Part shown: in pieces, positions 1-8,377 of the stretch
Numbering within the stretch: position 1 is the first letter of the stretch
Layout: each line of letters opens with the position of its first letter
From: Bdellovibrionota bacterium
GTDB lineage: Bacteria; Bdellovibrionota_C; UBA2361; JBGSMV01
Direction of reading: 5' to 3'
NCBI GenBank assembly: GCA_041739995.1
Contig: JBGSMV010000076.1
Location: 1 to 36,486 of the forward strand
Length of the DNA stretch: 36,486 bases
The notes under the pieces: model-generated
Database searches by the model: none
What the model was told of the DNA's origin: nothing
Seen by the model: only the letters and a program-made list of their open reading frames with translations
Translations under genes and position numbers: made by a program

Positions 1-118
1 CGAGGAGCGCCCACACGGTAGCCTCAGAGACATGACCCCACTGGAAGTCGAGAATGAGTTCTATAAAAATAACAAGGAAAACTTACTCAGGACTGGTACA
101 TAATTCGGGGGGAGGTCA
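1..118 (+). mobile_element. Right end of an IS3-family insertion sequence (IS407-like): transposase C-terminus plus right terminal inverted repeat
   Basis: Frame 2 reads EERPHGSLRDMTPLEVENEFYKNNKENLLRTGT* (TAA 101-103), matching the N-x-x-R-P-H-x-S-L-x-x-x-T-P end of IS3 OrfB transposases. The sequence ends ...GGGGGGAGGTCA at 118; its reverse complement TGACCTCCCCCC resembles IS407-group ends (TGACCTGCCCC). Confidence 0.85.
2..103 (+). CDS. IS3-family transposase OrfB, C-terminal fragment (runs off window start)
   Basis: RPHGSL...TP motif; the stop codon falls within the terminal repeat region. Confidence 0.8.
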   Translation, partial: EERPHGSLRDMTPLEVENEFYKNNKENLLRTGT

Positions 119-586
119 CCTTCATAAGTGAGACGCAACACCAGATTTCTGCCTACCACCGGAATGTTAAAACCAAAACGCCCCATAGAATTGGTCAGAG
201 CTAAGTCGCCTGACTCAATAGAACTCACTCGAATATTCCGAGTGGGCCGATTCCCCGTACATAAGATCTCCCCCCTCTACTCGCGAATCCCGGGCGGGAG
301 TTGGCGTCGGAGCAGGAGTGGTGATTACCTGTGGTGTGCCGGACGGTGGAGTAGTGGGCACACTCGTTGGAGTTGCTTGGGCGGGATCGCTTATCGAAAC
401 CGTTCCAATGGCTACAGTATTTGCATCGGAATCGGCGACCAACACTAAGCTCACTACTACGTCGCGATCGAGCAGTCCCGTGAGTGCAAGCAAAGTATCC
501 AAAGGTGACGACGATACCAGAGTCAGATGTATAATCAGTGCAGTCTTAGATTCCTGCGAAGTCTGCCCGTAGGAGACTGTTGCGGG
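119..586 (-). pseudogene. Remnant of a probably exported protein (Thr/Pro linker plus carboxypeptidase-regulatory-like beta domain), frameshifted and IS-truncated
   Basis: The frame is open from 586 with no good start (PATVSYGQ...TPTSVPTTPP...TPAPTPTP). Removing one base from the C6 run at 270-275 gives VEGEILCTGNRPTRNIRVSSIESGDLALTNSMGRFGFNIPV..., open up to the IS end at 118. Confidence 0.6.
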
Positions 587-1732
587 TTAGCCCTGAAATA
601 CCTCGCGAAAAAGACATCTAATCCGCGGCTTTGGAAAGCCTGCATCTAAAAGTGGGTTTCGAATGCTATACGACTCACCTGCTCTTGCCAGAATGACGAT
701 TAAATCGACCTCTTGTTTAACAGACTCAATATTGAGGCCTGCCAGTATCTTCCGGGTTTTGGCCGGTTCGCTTGTTTCCACTTGGATTGTGGAAGCCAAA
801 TTGATCTTGCAGTTGTATTTTTCATTTAATGTTTCAAAAAGCACATGTGCCTGCTTTGAGAGTCCCTGATCAGCTTCAAGACCATCCACGAGAAGCACTC
901 GCTTTCCTTCAGGCGCAAAACACTCCTGCAAACACGCGTGGTCAAAAAGCTCTGGGTCAAGATCTCGGCTCAACTCTGCCGCAGCCTGAAAAACCCCCGT
1001 CCATGCTGTTACTTCTGATAGCTGTTCTTTGCTGAGTGCAAGTATCTGCCGCTCGAGGCGCGCCTGCGCATACCGATAGAGGGCGAGATCAAGTTCATTC
1101 TGCGCTGCGAGATAGTCTCGCGTCCCCTCTGACACCTCGTTCAGAGCCGGTCTATTCTCGTTGACGCGACGCCTACCAAGCAGCGGCGGCTGTGTTATTC
1201 CAAGAATCTGCGCAAGGAGGTAGAATGAAAAGTACCATTGTTCGGTAGTACCCACGAAGCAATAGTCTCGCTCCAGCACTTCGATCGCTTCGTTTAGGTC
1301 GCAAATCTCTGGCAACGTCTTACGATAGTTCCCATACCCCAAAATGTAGTTGGCGTGGTCATTGCGGTATGTCGTTCCGAACTGTTCGAGGGTTATCCCG
1401 GATTCAACAAACCTCTTATGCATCTCATAGCTGGGATCTGTCAGATATGAGTAGTATTGCGAAATGATGCGATCCACCGGGTCGCGAAACAGCACTGAAT
1501 AGGTTGTCGGGCGTCGAATTTGTTGGTGCAGACCGTAATAAACACCGTGGCCGGCCATGAACTTCAAACCAAACAGGAATGGCACCGGACAACGTCCGAG
1601 AAACTCCCAAGCTGATTGCTTAGTATCAAAGTGGACTGCGAGATTGGTGCCCAAGGAGCGTTGGACGCTATTGATAAGAAAGTCCCCCCCGGTACGACCC
1701 ACGTGCGTGAAAAGAACGAGTTTGGGGTCCAT
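587..1732 (-). CDS. PAPS-dependent sulfotransferase (Sulfotransfer_2-like) with C-terminal Rossmann-like tail
   Basis: 5'-PSB-like motif FTHVGRTGG, 3'-PB motif FRDPVDRIISQY, and family-typical FVGTTE and NELDLALY segments. Confidence 0.85.
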   Translation of the reverse strand: MDPKLVLFTHVGRTGGDFLINSVQRSLGTNLAVHFDTKQSAWEFLGRCPVPFLFGLKFMAGHGVYYGLHQQIRRPTTYSVLFRDPVDRIISQYYSYLTDPSYEMHKRFVESGITLEQFGTTYRNDHANYILGYGNYRKTLPEICDLNEAIEVLERDYCFVGTTEQWYFSFYLLAQILGITQPPLLGRRRVNENRPALNEVSEGTRDYLAAQNELDLALYRYAQARLERQILALSKEQLSEVTAWTGVFQAAAELSRDLDPELFDHACLQECFAPEGKRVLLVDGLEADQGLSKQAHVLFETLNEKYNCKINLASTIQVETSEPAKTRKILAGLNIESVKQEVDLIVILARAGESYSIRNPLLDAGFPKPRIRCLFREVFQG

Positions 1733-1910
1733 ACTGAGCGGTTTCTCCCCCCTTATGATTCGGTCCCCACGTCTGAGGTCTCACTTAAATTAGGAAACGG
1801 AAGCCAAATGAGGCGTTCGGCGCCTCCTTCCAATTCCAAAAAGCATCCTTATTTTGATAAGTTACGGGAATGTTCTGCGAGCCCCCAATAACCTAAAACC
1901 TACAAACCAA

Positions 1911-1960
1911 AAGGACGACCAGCTCAGCAGGTTAGGCCTGCTCAACCTGTGGACGTCCTT
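1911..1960. other. Intergenic stem-loop (possible terminator or RNA-stability element downstream of the hydrolase-like gene)
   Basis: AAGGACGACCA (1911-1921) pairs with TGGACGTCCTT (1950-1960) with one mismatch; inner stem CAGGTT/AACCTG. Confidence 0.45.
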
Positions 1961-2011
1961 CGCTATTCGCTATTTGTGAAAAAATTCCGTACCGGATCGA
2001 GACAGACGGCG

Positions 2012-2746
2012 TCATGCGCTTGGTTGAGCGGTGACACCTCCATTCCTCCCCGCAATGTTCTTCTGGGGACATTTCGCGGGCACATCGTAGAACAACAAAA
2101 GGAGCTCATCGAGGTGAGTCGCGTCCGTCTCCCCGAGCTCGACGTGCCAAGCGGTAGGAAGGCGCGCGCTCATCTCTCGCGCTTGAGCACATAAGAACGG
2201 TGACGCCAATGGGGAGGTCAACACCAACACGGGGCAGCGAATTCGATGCAAAAATGGCTTCGCATCAAACCCCGCCGTTCGAAGCCGAAGTGGTAATCCG
2301 AGCGGCAAGCGCTCTTCAATCCAGTCAACTGCTCTTGAAATATATGACGGGTGCGGACGACACGCCGCGTCGAGCAATGCCACCGTTCGCACCACCTTTG
2401 GCTCCTTTAAGTACAGATTCAACACTACCGTAGCGGCTGGACCATAGGCTATGAATGAGGCCTGTCTAACCGCTGCTTCGGTTATCGCACTGCGAAGCTG
2501 CTCAGTGACGAACTCCCAGTTATTATCATCAAGTACCGGGAGCTCAATAAGCAGGGCACGGGAGCGCTGTTTTAGCTCATTGTATAAACGTTGACTAAGA
2601 TCTGCGTCTCGCGCACCCTCTCTTATAAGGCAGACCGTCCTCCCCTGTCCCTCGTCGCCATGTACTAAGATCCCTCGCGCATCGATGCCCTGCACTTCAG
2701 CGCCCGGCACTAGACCGTCTGTGGTTAACTTCATTTCTTCTGTCAT
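2012..2746 (-). CDS. Alpha/beta-hydrolase fold protein lacking the nucleophile
   Basis: ASFIAYGPAATVVLNLYLKEPKVVRTVALLDA and LHRIRCPVLVL align to Abhydrolase segments, but G-x-S-x-G is replaced by A-Y-G-P-A. Confidence 0.7.
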   Translation of the reverse strand: MTEEMKLTTDGLVPGAEVQGIDARGILVHGDEGQGRTVCLIREGARDADLSQRLYNELKQRSRALLIELPVLDDNNWEFVTEQLRSAITEAAVRQASFIAYGPAATVVLNLYLKEPKVVRTVALLDAACRPHPSYISRAVDWIEERLPLGLPLRLRTAGFDAKPFLHRIRCPVLVLTSPLASPFLCAQAREMSARLPTAWHVELGETDATHLDELLLLFYDVPAKCPQKNIAGRNGGVTAQPSA

Positions 2747-3024
2747 ATTCTGCTTGGCATATTCCGTATGAGCTTTGTTGATTGCCCCGCAGCGCTCTCC
2801 CCTAAGGCCTGCCCCTAAGACGCCGAGCGAGTCCTCTGACCACTACTCAAGATTGTCTGAACACGCATTCTAAGTCGAGTAATACTCTGACGACTACCAG
2901 AGAGGAATTGTTAGAGTAGCGTTATTGGCGTTCCTCAAATGTAGCCGCTCATTTGATCAGCCCTTGGAAGTGTGCAAGTTTGAGCAGGTGTTCTTTGAAC
3001 CATGTTTGATTGCATTGTGAAACG

Positions 3025-3052
3025 TTTAAACAGCGATTTTTAAACAGTGATT
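3025..3052. repeat. 14-bp tandem direct repeat TTTAAACAG(C/T)GATT x2 in a divergent intergenic region
   Basis: TTTAAACAGCGATT (3025-3038) followed by TTTAAACAGTGATT (3039-3052). Confidence 0.7.
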
Positions 3053-3265
3053 TTGCACAGTGGCGATGAACATGATGGAAGCAGGCAGATTGAATATGTC
3101 CATGTACACTTTCCCTACCTCGCATAGTACTTTCGGGACAATCCCTTCTTCCAACTTCTGGTCTTCGCCTCTGCATTTCCGAACTCTGAATGACCATCGT
3201 TTTTATCTCCTTGGCATCTCCCCGCAAGTTGCCACGCGAGAGGCCCAAATGAAGCGGACGCTTGC

Positions 3266-4288
3266 ATGAAAAAGGCCCGAACAAACGATTTTGGCCCAAC
3301 AGTCCCTTCAAAGGACCCTTCAAAGGACGAGTGTTCTCAAAATTCCACTGTCGATCCCATTGCGGCGTCGTCAGCAAAGGATTCCACTGGGGTGTCGCTA
3401 GAAAAGCAAACTTCCCTTGCTCAAGAGAGCACGCGGGGTGCTGCTACGTTGGGCGCCCAAGCGGCGAATCTTGTGGCTCAAATCGCCACTCCTCGCGGAA
3501 CGCCTGGTCCCATTCGTATTGATGTTAGCCCTGAGGTATTACGAAGCGCTGAGTTCCCCTCTGGTAGATTTCCACCCCTCAACCTTCAGCCTATCGCCTT
3601 CGCCCAGCATCCAAGCACCTCTCTACAGCGCAAAACCACGGCAGAAGCTTCGTTAGGGAACCAACAGGTCGAGACACTGAGCGCTGATAAGCTATCCTCC
3701 AAGACTGAGATAGAGACCGAATTTCAGGGCCCGGGAGTCACACCCATGGATCCTCAAGTACTCGAGTTTTGTTCTTGGCTTGAGCGTTCTTGCCTGGGCG
3801 GTTCGTTTGACCAGATGGTTAGAACCGCCATTGCCCCCTCAGCCGGTGTACCCCCGACCGGAATCCCCTCATCCACAGAAGCGGGTACATCTGAAGCGCG
3901 CCCGCCTTCTGACGAGGGCGCCGCTACGCATCCAATCTCGATCGGTAGACTGTGGGGACGCTCGCCCAATGCGATGTCGAGTGACGTGCCTGCCGACGCC
4001 CCTTTTCGTCGCTACGATTGCCAAAATTACGGCGTCTGTTTGGATGTCGCCGCAGCTCTCGATTGGGAAAACTTCACTTGCAGTAACTGCAATGGGCAAG
4101 TCGACCAGCGCCTGCTTTGGAGAGCTCGCAATGCATTAAAGAAGGATGCGGTGGCGCAGCGCTGTTGTCACCTGCCAGAGGTCTCTGTATCTGATTCAAT
4201 CGACCGCACCCCCGAAAATACGGCTCCCGATAGCGCCGCAAAGGCAAGCCCGAGGAACCAGGACCAAGAGAGACTTAACAAGCGATAG
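3266..4288 (+). CDS. Hypothetical protein: long disordered N-terminus plus C-terminal four-Cys putative metal-binding module
   Basis: 340-aa ORF with S/T/P/A-rich N-terminus and RRYDCQNYGVCLDVAAALDWENFTCSNC (Cx5Cx13CxxC). The true start is uncertain. Confidence 0.7.
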   Translation: MKKARTNDFGPTVPSKDPSKDECSQNSTVDPIAASSAKDSTGVSLEKQTSLAQESTRGAATLGAQAANLVAQIATPRGTPGPIRIDVSPEVLRSAEFPSGRFPPLNLQPIAFAQHPSTSLQRKTTAEASLGNQQVETLSADKLSSKTEIETEFQGPGVTPMDPQVLEFCSWLERSCLGGSFDQMVRTAIAPSAGVPPTGIPSSTEAGTSEARPPSDEGAATHPISIGRLWGRSPNAMSSDVPADAPFRRYDCQNYGVCLDVAAALDWENFTCSNCNGQVDQRLLWRARNALKKDAVAQRCCHLPEVSVSDSIDRTPENTAPDSAAKASPRNQDQERLNKR

Positions 4289-4448
4289 CAACCTCAACAG
4301 ACCATGCCACCTGAGGCCCTGCCGTGCCAGCGAACTTCCTCCATATTTAACCCACACCCACCTGCAGTCCCTTGTTGGTTAGAATTCGCTCCCGCGCTAG
4401 TTTCAGGACGCGACTGCTGGTTCCTTCGATGTATGGCGTGGTTCGAAG

Positions 4449-5834
4449 ATGTTAGAGCACCCTGAAAATCTAGATCCTGGAGAATCTCTGCGAGGCGCCC
4501 CTCCCCTTTCGAAACCCGCCGATCGGATTGCGCGATGCGCTCGAGTGCTCAGTGAAATTGAGAAAACCCAAGGCAGCGAACAACAGAAGGCGTTTGTCCG
4601 CGCGAAAGCCTCGGCGGCGCTGTCGGATCCGATTATTGGAGATGCGCTTCTTGTTGCGCTTGAAGCAAATATCGGCCGAAAAGAAAGCCCTGTGAGCCCT
4701 TTGGTGGCAGTGCATGTGCTGCGTGACGGTCTGGTGGACCTCTCAGCCGTTACTCCTGTTCAGATCGTAGTACTATCTCGAATAGTGACGGAGGAAAACT
4801 TCAAAGCAGATTCGCGATTCGCCAACGCGCTTCGGCCAAGCCTTTTCCGCGCCGTAGCAGCTGAGCCAAGTGGCGGTGCGGTCGCCGCGGTGGGAGCTCT
4901 TGCGCTCGTGTTTCGCGAAGCGATTTCTGGGCCGCATGGCACGAAAATTCTCTCGACGATTGACGTGATGAGTACTGAACTTGCGGCAATCGATCCGTCC
5001 CTTGAAGAGGCAAGGTGGTTCATGGGACAAGCGACGGCGCTGCGCGATGCTCTCCCCACTGCTGCTGCGATAGAGGAGCTCGATCTGGTCCTTGATGGCT
5101 TAGGATTAGCCCTCGATCGATCCTCACTGCGAAGCCGTGAACGTCATTCGAAGTTCTTTCGCGAGGAGCTGCTCTATTCCCCCACTGAGACGAGCACAGT
5201 CATCGCTCGCATGCGGGCCATGACTCCACTGCTTGTGCGCGACGATCTGAGTTCTGCCACCATCGATGGCTTTAGGGATCTTTTAAGGCCAAGGAGCCTC
5301 GCGAGTTTCGGAGGAGATCCTCAAGGTGAGAATAGCTCAAATAGCACTGACCAGTGCGAAATTAGCTTCACTGATGAAGTTGCTTATTTCATTCGAACCG
5401 TGACCAATGGAGATCCTTCGAACACAGCCATTGATCTTAGCCTCTCGCTCGCCTCTGAAGTGATGCAGAGCTCGTCAGGCATTCCCAGTACGCAGATCTT
5501 TTTGAGCCTTGGAGCCTTTGCGGTCTTCCTACGCGATCTCTCCGCTCCGGAACAGGCCCAAGCGCGTGACGTGGCGACGAAACTTTATGGCACCATTGGT
5601 GCGGAATCCCCAAAGCTTCCTTATGTCGTTCAGCTCCTTGCCACTGCCTGCGCACAACCAGGTCGAATCGATTTGCTAGAGTTGGTCGGGGAGGCGCTCT
5701 CAGTGCATCAGAAGGCATCGGATGCGCAGTTTCAAGCGGTCACGCTCTCGTTGCAAGCGATGATGCATCCAGGCGCCCCCCCCGGACTTGGTGCGCACCT
5801 ATCAAACCGCTATGAGCGACAGCCGCTTTCGTAA
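4449..5834 (+). CDS. Hypothetical protein, Ala/Leu-rich, predicted all-helical
   Basis: 461-aa ORF; no signal peptide or recognisable motif; overlaps the start of the next gene. Confidence 0.8.
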   Translation: MLEHPENLDPGESLRGAPPLSKPADRIARCARVLSEIEKTQGSEQQKAFVRAKASAALSDPIIGDALLVALEANIGRKESPVSPLVAVHVLRDGLVDLSAVTPVQIVVLSRIVTEENFKADSRFANALRPSLFRAVAAEPSGGAVAAVGALALVFREAISGPHGTKILSTIDVMSTELAAIDPSLEEARWFMGQATALRDALPTAAAIEELDLVLDGLGLALDRSSLRSRERHSKFFREELLYSPTETSTVIARMRAMTPLLVRDDLSSATIDGFRDLLRPRSLASFGGDPQGENSSNSTDQCEISFTDEVAYFIRTVTNGDPSNTAIDLSLSLASEVMQSSSGIPSTQIFLSLGAFAVFLRDLSAPEQAQARDVATKLYGTIGAESPKLPYVVQLLATACAQPGRIDLLELVGEALSVHQKASDAQFQAVTLSLQAMMHPGAPPGLGAHLSNRYERQPLS

Positions 5835-7605
5835 TGAACGGGCGTCCCATGCCCTTCTCAAGCGCCTGAGTATGCACGCCGCGCTGTATGTGTTGCCAGA
5901 ATCTGATTCTTTCTCCGACATCGCTCAGGGTCTTCATCCCATCGCCGCAGGACTCCAGAAGCATCCACATCTGTTTCTTCAAGAGGAACCTGATGCCGAT
6001 CACTACCGCGAACTTCAGACTGCCTTCTATCCCCGTGTGCGGCATGTCTATGAGCAGGAAAGAAGAAATGGTCGCGACCGTACCACGCTGCGAAAGCCCT
6101 TCCACCTCTTAATTCCTCCTCTCCAGCGCTCGCTCGGCGCATTCATCCGTGTGAGCGATGTTCATCATGGGTTCGGAGTGCATGCGATTCCTTCAAGGCG
6201 CACGCCGGACGGAGAGGCGCCCCTGCTTGTCAGATTCGGATTGGGGCACGGCGACGTCTCAATGCTCAACACCAATGATAATATGCGTTTTCCAGGGAAA
6301 GGATTTGCGTTGTCGAAGCTTGAGCCAGAGCTTCTGTTCCCCGCTCGCCCTGTCGACTTCAAACCGGGCGAGGACCCCTTTGCACTCTATAAGGGCGCCT
6401 GGCCAAGCCTTGGCCGGAGCATAGATCATCTTCGACAAGCGCAGTTCATTTTCAGCAGAGGCATGATGGTCATCGCTGGGGTTGACCCTGAGCGATATAC
6501 GATTACGCGCCATGGGGCCCGGCTACAATATAGCCTAGTGGTCTTCAACGCGCATTTCGAGAATCCATTCAATGAAGTCGCGCTCCTTGTGCCGACTGAG
6601 CTACTTCGGGACTTCTTTAAAGGATTGCTTAGTTCGGCGAACGACTACCGCGGCTTCAATTCCCAAAGACCTAATGCATTGGAGCGAATTCCTAACCCTC
6701 GGATTTTTCAGCGTCACCCCACGCTTGGTCGTTATGTTATAAATGTAGGACTGCCCGAGAGTGTTATGTTGGGAGTTACCGACTCGCTTTCTAACGAGCA
6801 CCACGGTTGGTTGAAGTATAGACGCGATGCGATGGAATACGAGCGGCGTCTCCGGGCAGTTGATCGCGGTTTTGCTGCTCGGGCTTTGGGACACGGCGGG
6901 CACCCCAGTTTCTTTTCGCCTACCAACTCGCGCGGCGCCGCTCAACAGTTGTTCAATTATACTTCCGCAGACGGAGCGCCTGAGCTCCCTCGTCAAAATG
7001 ATCTTTTCAGCGAGGAGGCCCAACTTATACGTGAGAGAGGGGGGTTAATAGCGCGCTTCGAGCAGCTCGATTCGCTAAATGACCCACTGGAGCGAAATAC
7101 TTGGCAATGTGTTAATCGATTGATGGAATTGTATGACGTGTTTCGAGTGGGCTTTGCCTATTATACCCGGGGGATGACTACGCCGCGCTCGGAGACTCCA
7201 CCAGAGGAACTCGAAAGGGAGCTAGGCGATGCCGACGCTGCCGGCTTTAATCCTGGAGGAGACCTAATGCTTAATGAGCTCTATCGAGGACATGCGCTGC
7301 ACGGCTTCGGCGGGGTCAATCGAGAGCGCTTTCCGATTCTTCTAGATGCTGATGCGCTCTTTTCGTCTCGCTTTCGCCACTCTTCGGTGATGATCGACAG
7401 TTTTGATATGCGTGGCTTCGTGAATGACCGCCCAGTTCAGTTCAGTCCTGGTGAAATCACCCCCGAGGATATCGGTGCGTGGCAAGCCGGGGTACTACCA
7501 CATGTAAGAGATACCGCAGGGAACATCCCTGAGCTTCGCTTGGTTGAACGCGGAATGCTTCCAAAACTAATCGTTGAAAAGCTAGACAAGCGTAAAGGAA
7601 GATAA
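5812..7605 (+). CDS. Hypothetical protein (about 597 aa), globular enzyme-like composition, family unrecognised
   Basis: Long ORF (track start 5788); ATG at 5812 preferred, overlapping the upstream gene by 23 nt. Confidence 0.8.
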   Translation: MSDSRFRNERASHALLKRLSMHAALYVLPESDSFSDIAQGLHPIAAGLQKHPHLFLQEEPDADHYRELQTAFYPRVRHVYEQERRNGRDRTTLRKPFHLLIPPLQRSLGAFIRVSDVHHGFGVHAIPSRRTPDGEAPLLVRFGLGHGDVSMLNTNDNMRFPGKGFALSKLEPELLFPARPVDFKPGEDPFALYKGAWPSLGRSIDHLRQAQFIFSRGMMVIAGVDPERYTITRHGARLQYSLVVFNAHFENPFNEVALLVPTELLRDFFKGLLSSANDYRGFNSQRPNALERIPNPRIFQRHPTLGRYVINVGLPESVMLGVTDSLSNEHHGWLKYRRDAMEYERRLRAVDRGFAARALGHGGHPSFFSPTNSRGAAQQLFNYTSADGAPELPRQNDLFSEEAQLIRERGGLIARFEQLDSLNDPLERNTWQCVNRLMELYDVFRVGFAYYTRGMTTPRSETPPEELERELGDADAAGFNPGGDLMLNELYRGHALHGFGGVNRERFPILLDADALFSSRFRHSSVMIDSFDMRGFVNDRPVQFSPGEITPEDIGAWQAGVLPHVRDTAGNIPELRLVERGMLPKLIVEKLDKRKGR

Positions 7606-7607
7606 TT

Positions 7608-7862
7608 ATGCCACCTCTTGCAGCACCCACGAAAACCGAACCTGAAGCACCCCCTGCGCCAGCGCCGACTCCGGAGGCGCCACCCGAGAGAGAAAGGACG
7701 CCTTTTATCACACCGCCCCCCACTCCTATGCCGAACCCGGAAGAAGAGCCGTGTCGCGCACCCGGGGCGCTTCCTGGTTTTCCCGTATGTGAAACTGAGG
7801 GGGCAGGGCTTGGCGACGTGCTCGCAGGCGCAAGCTTCGCTCCTAAGCTCAGAGGCCCTTGA
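7608..7862 (+). CDS. Small Pro/Glu/Thr-rich protein with two Cys
   Basis: ATG lies 2 nt after the upstream stop, preceded by AAGGAAG. Sequence MPPLAAPTKTEPEAPPAPAPTPEAPPERERTPFITPPPTPMPNPEEEPCRAPGALPGFPVC... Confidence 0.65.
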   Translation: MPPLAAPTKTEPEAPPAPAPTPEAPPERERTPFITPPPTPMPNPEEEPCRAPGALPGFPVCETEGAGLGDVLAGASFAPKLRGP

Positions 7863-7900
7863 CGCTAAACTGTTAAACTAAGCGAAGCATTGCAACCTTG

Positions 7901-8335
7901 CTAAGCGTCAGCCGCTTTATTCTGCTGCTTCTTCGCCTTTCGCGCCGCTCGTTCGGCGCCATTTTCTGCGCCTGCTTCGCTAGGCTCCTTCTTCGCATGT
8001 GCCTTTTTACCAGGCGCCTCAGTTACTTTTTGAGGCTTATTGCTCACGCGCTTCGCGCGCTTTTGGCACTTCTCCAATGTGGTCTTGGGGTCCATACAAA
8101 ACGTTTCGAGTTCTGCTACACCGGGTCCGGCTCCCCCCTCCTTCTTACTTGCTGCACTTTTAGCGTCAATCACCAGTGCTTGCTTCTGCTTAAGAACACC
8201 TGAGGCTGCCGTATCTTCAGCATGCGCATCTTCAACATGGCCCAGCGATATCGCCAGAACACCCTGCAAAACCAAGGACACAGTGAACGCGAAACACACA
8301 TGCATACATGACTGATCACTTCTCATACTCTCCAT
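7901..8335 (-). CDS. Putative exported small protein, Lys/Ala-rich C-terminus
   Basis: Hydrophobic N-terminus ending AHA-E, a Cys pair (FCMDPKTTLEKC) and a basic tail. Confidence 0.6.
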   Translation of the reverse strand: MESMRSDQSCMHVCFAFTVSLVLQGVLAISLGHVEDAHAEDTAASGVLKQKQALVIDAKSAASKKEGGAGPGVAELETFCMDPKTTLEKCQKRAKRVSNKPQKVTEAPGKKAHAKKEPSEAGAENGAERAARKAKKQQNKAADA

Positions 8336-8377
8336 CCTTCCTATTCAACTTCGTCTCAGATCTATTCTCTCTCGGGT

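Noticed and set aside
3060..3269. 69-aa ORF with ATGA overlap onto the Cys-motif gene
   Set aside because: No recognisable motif or clear RBS, so it cannot be distinguished from chance; not fully excluded.
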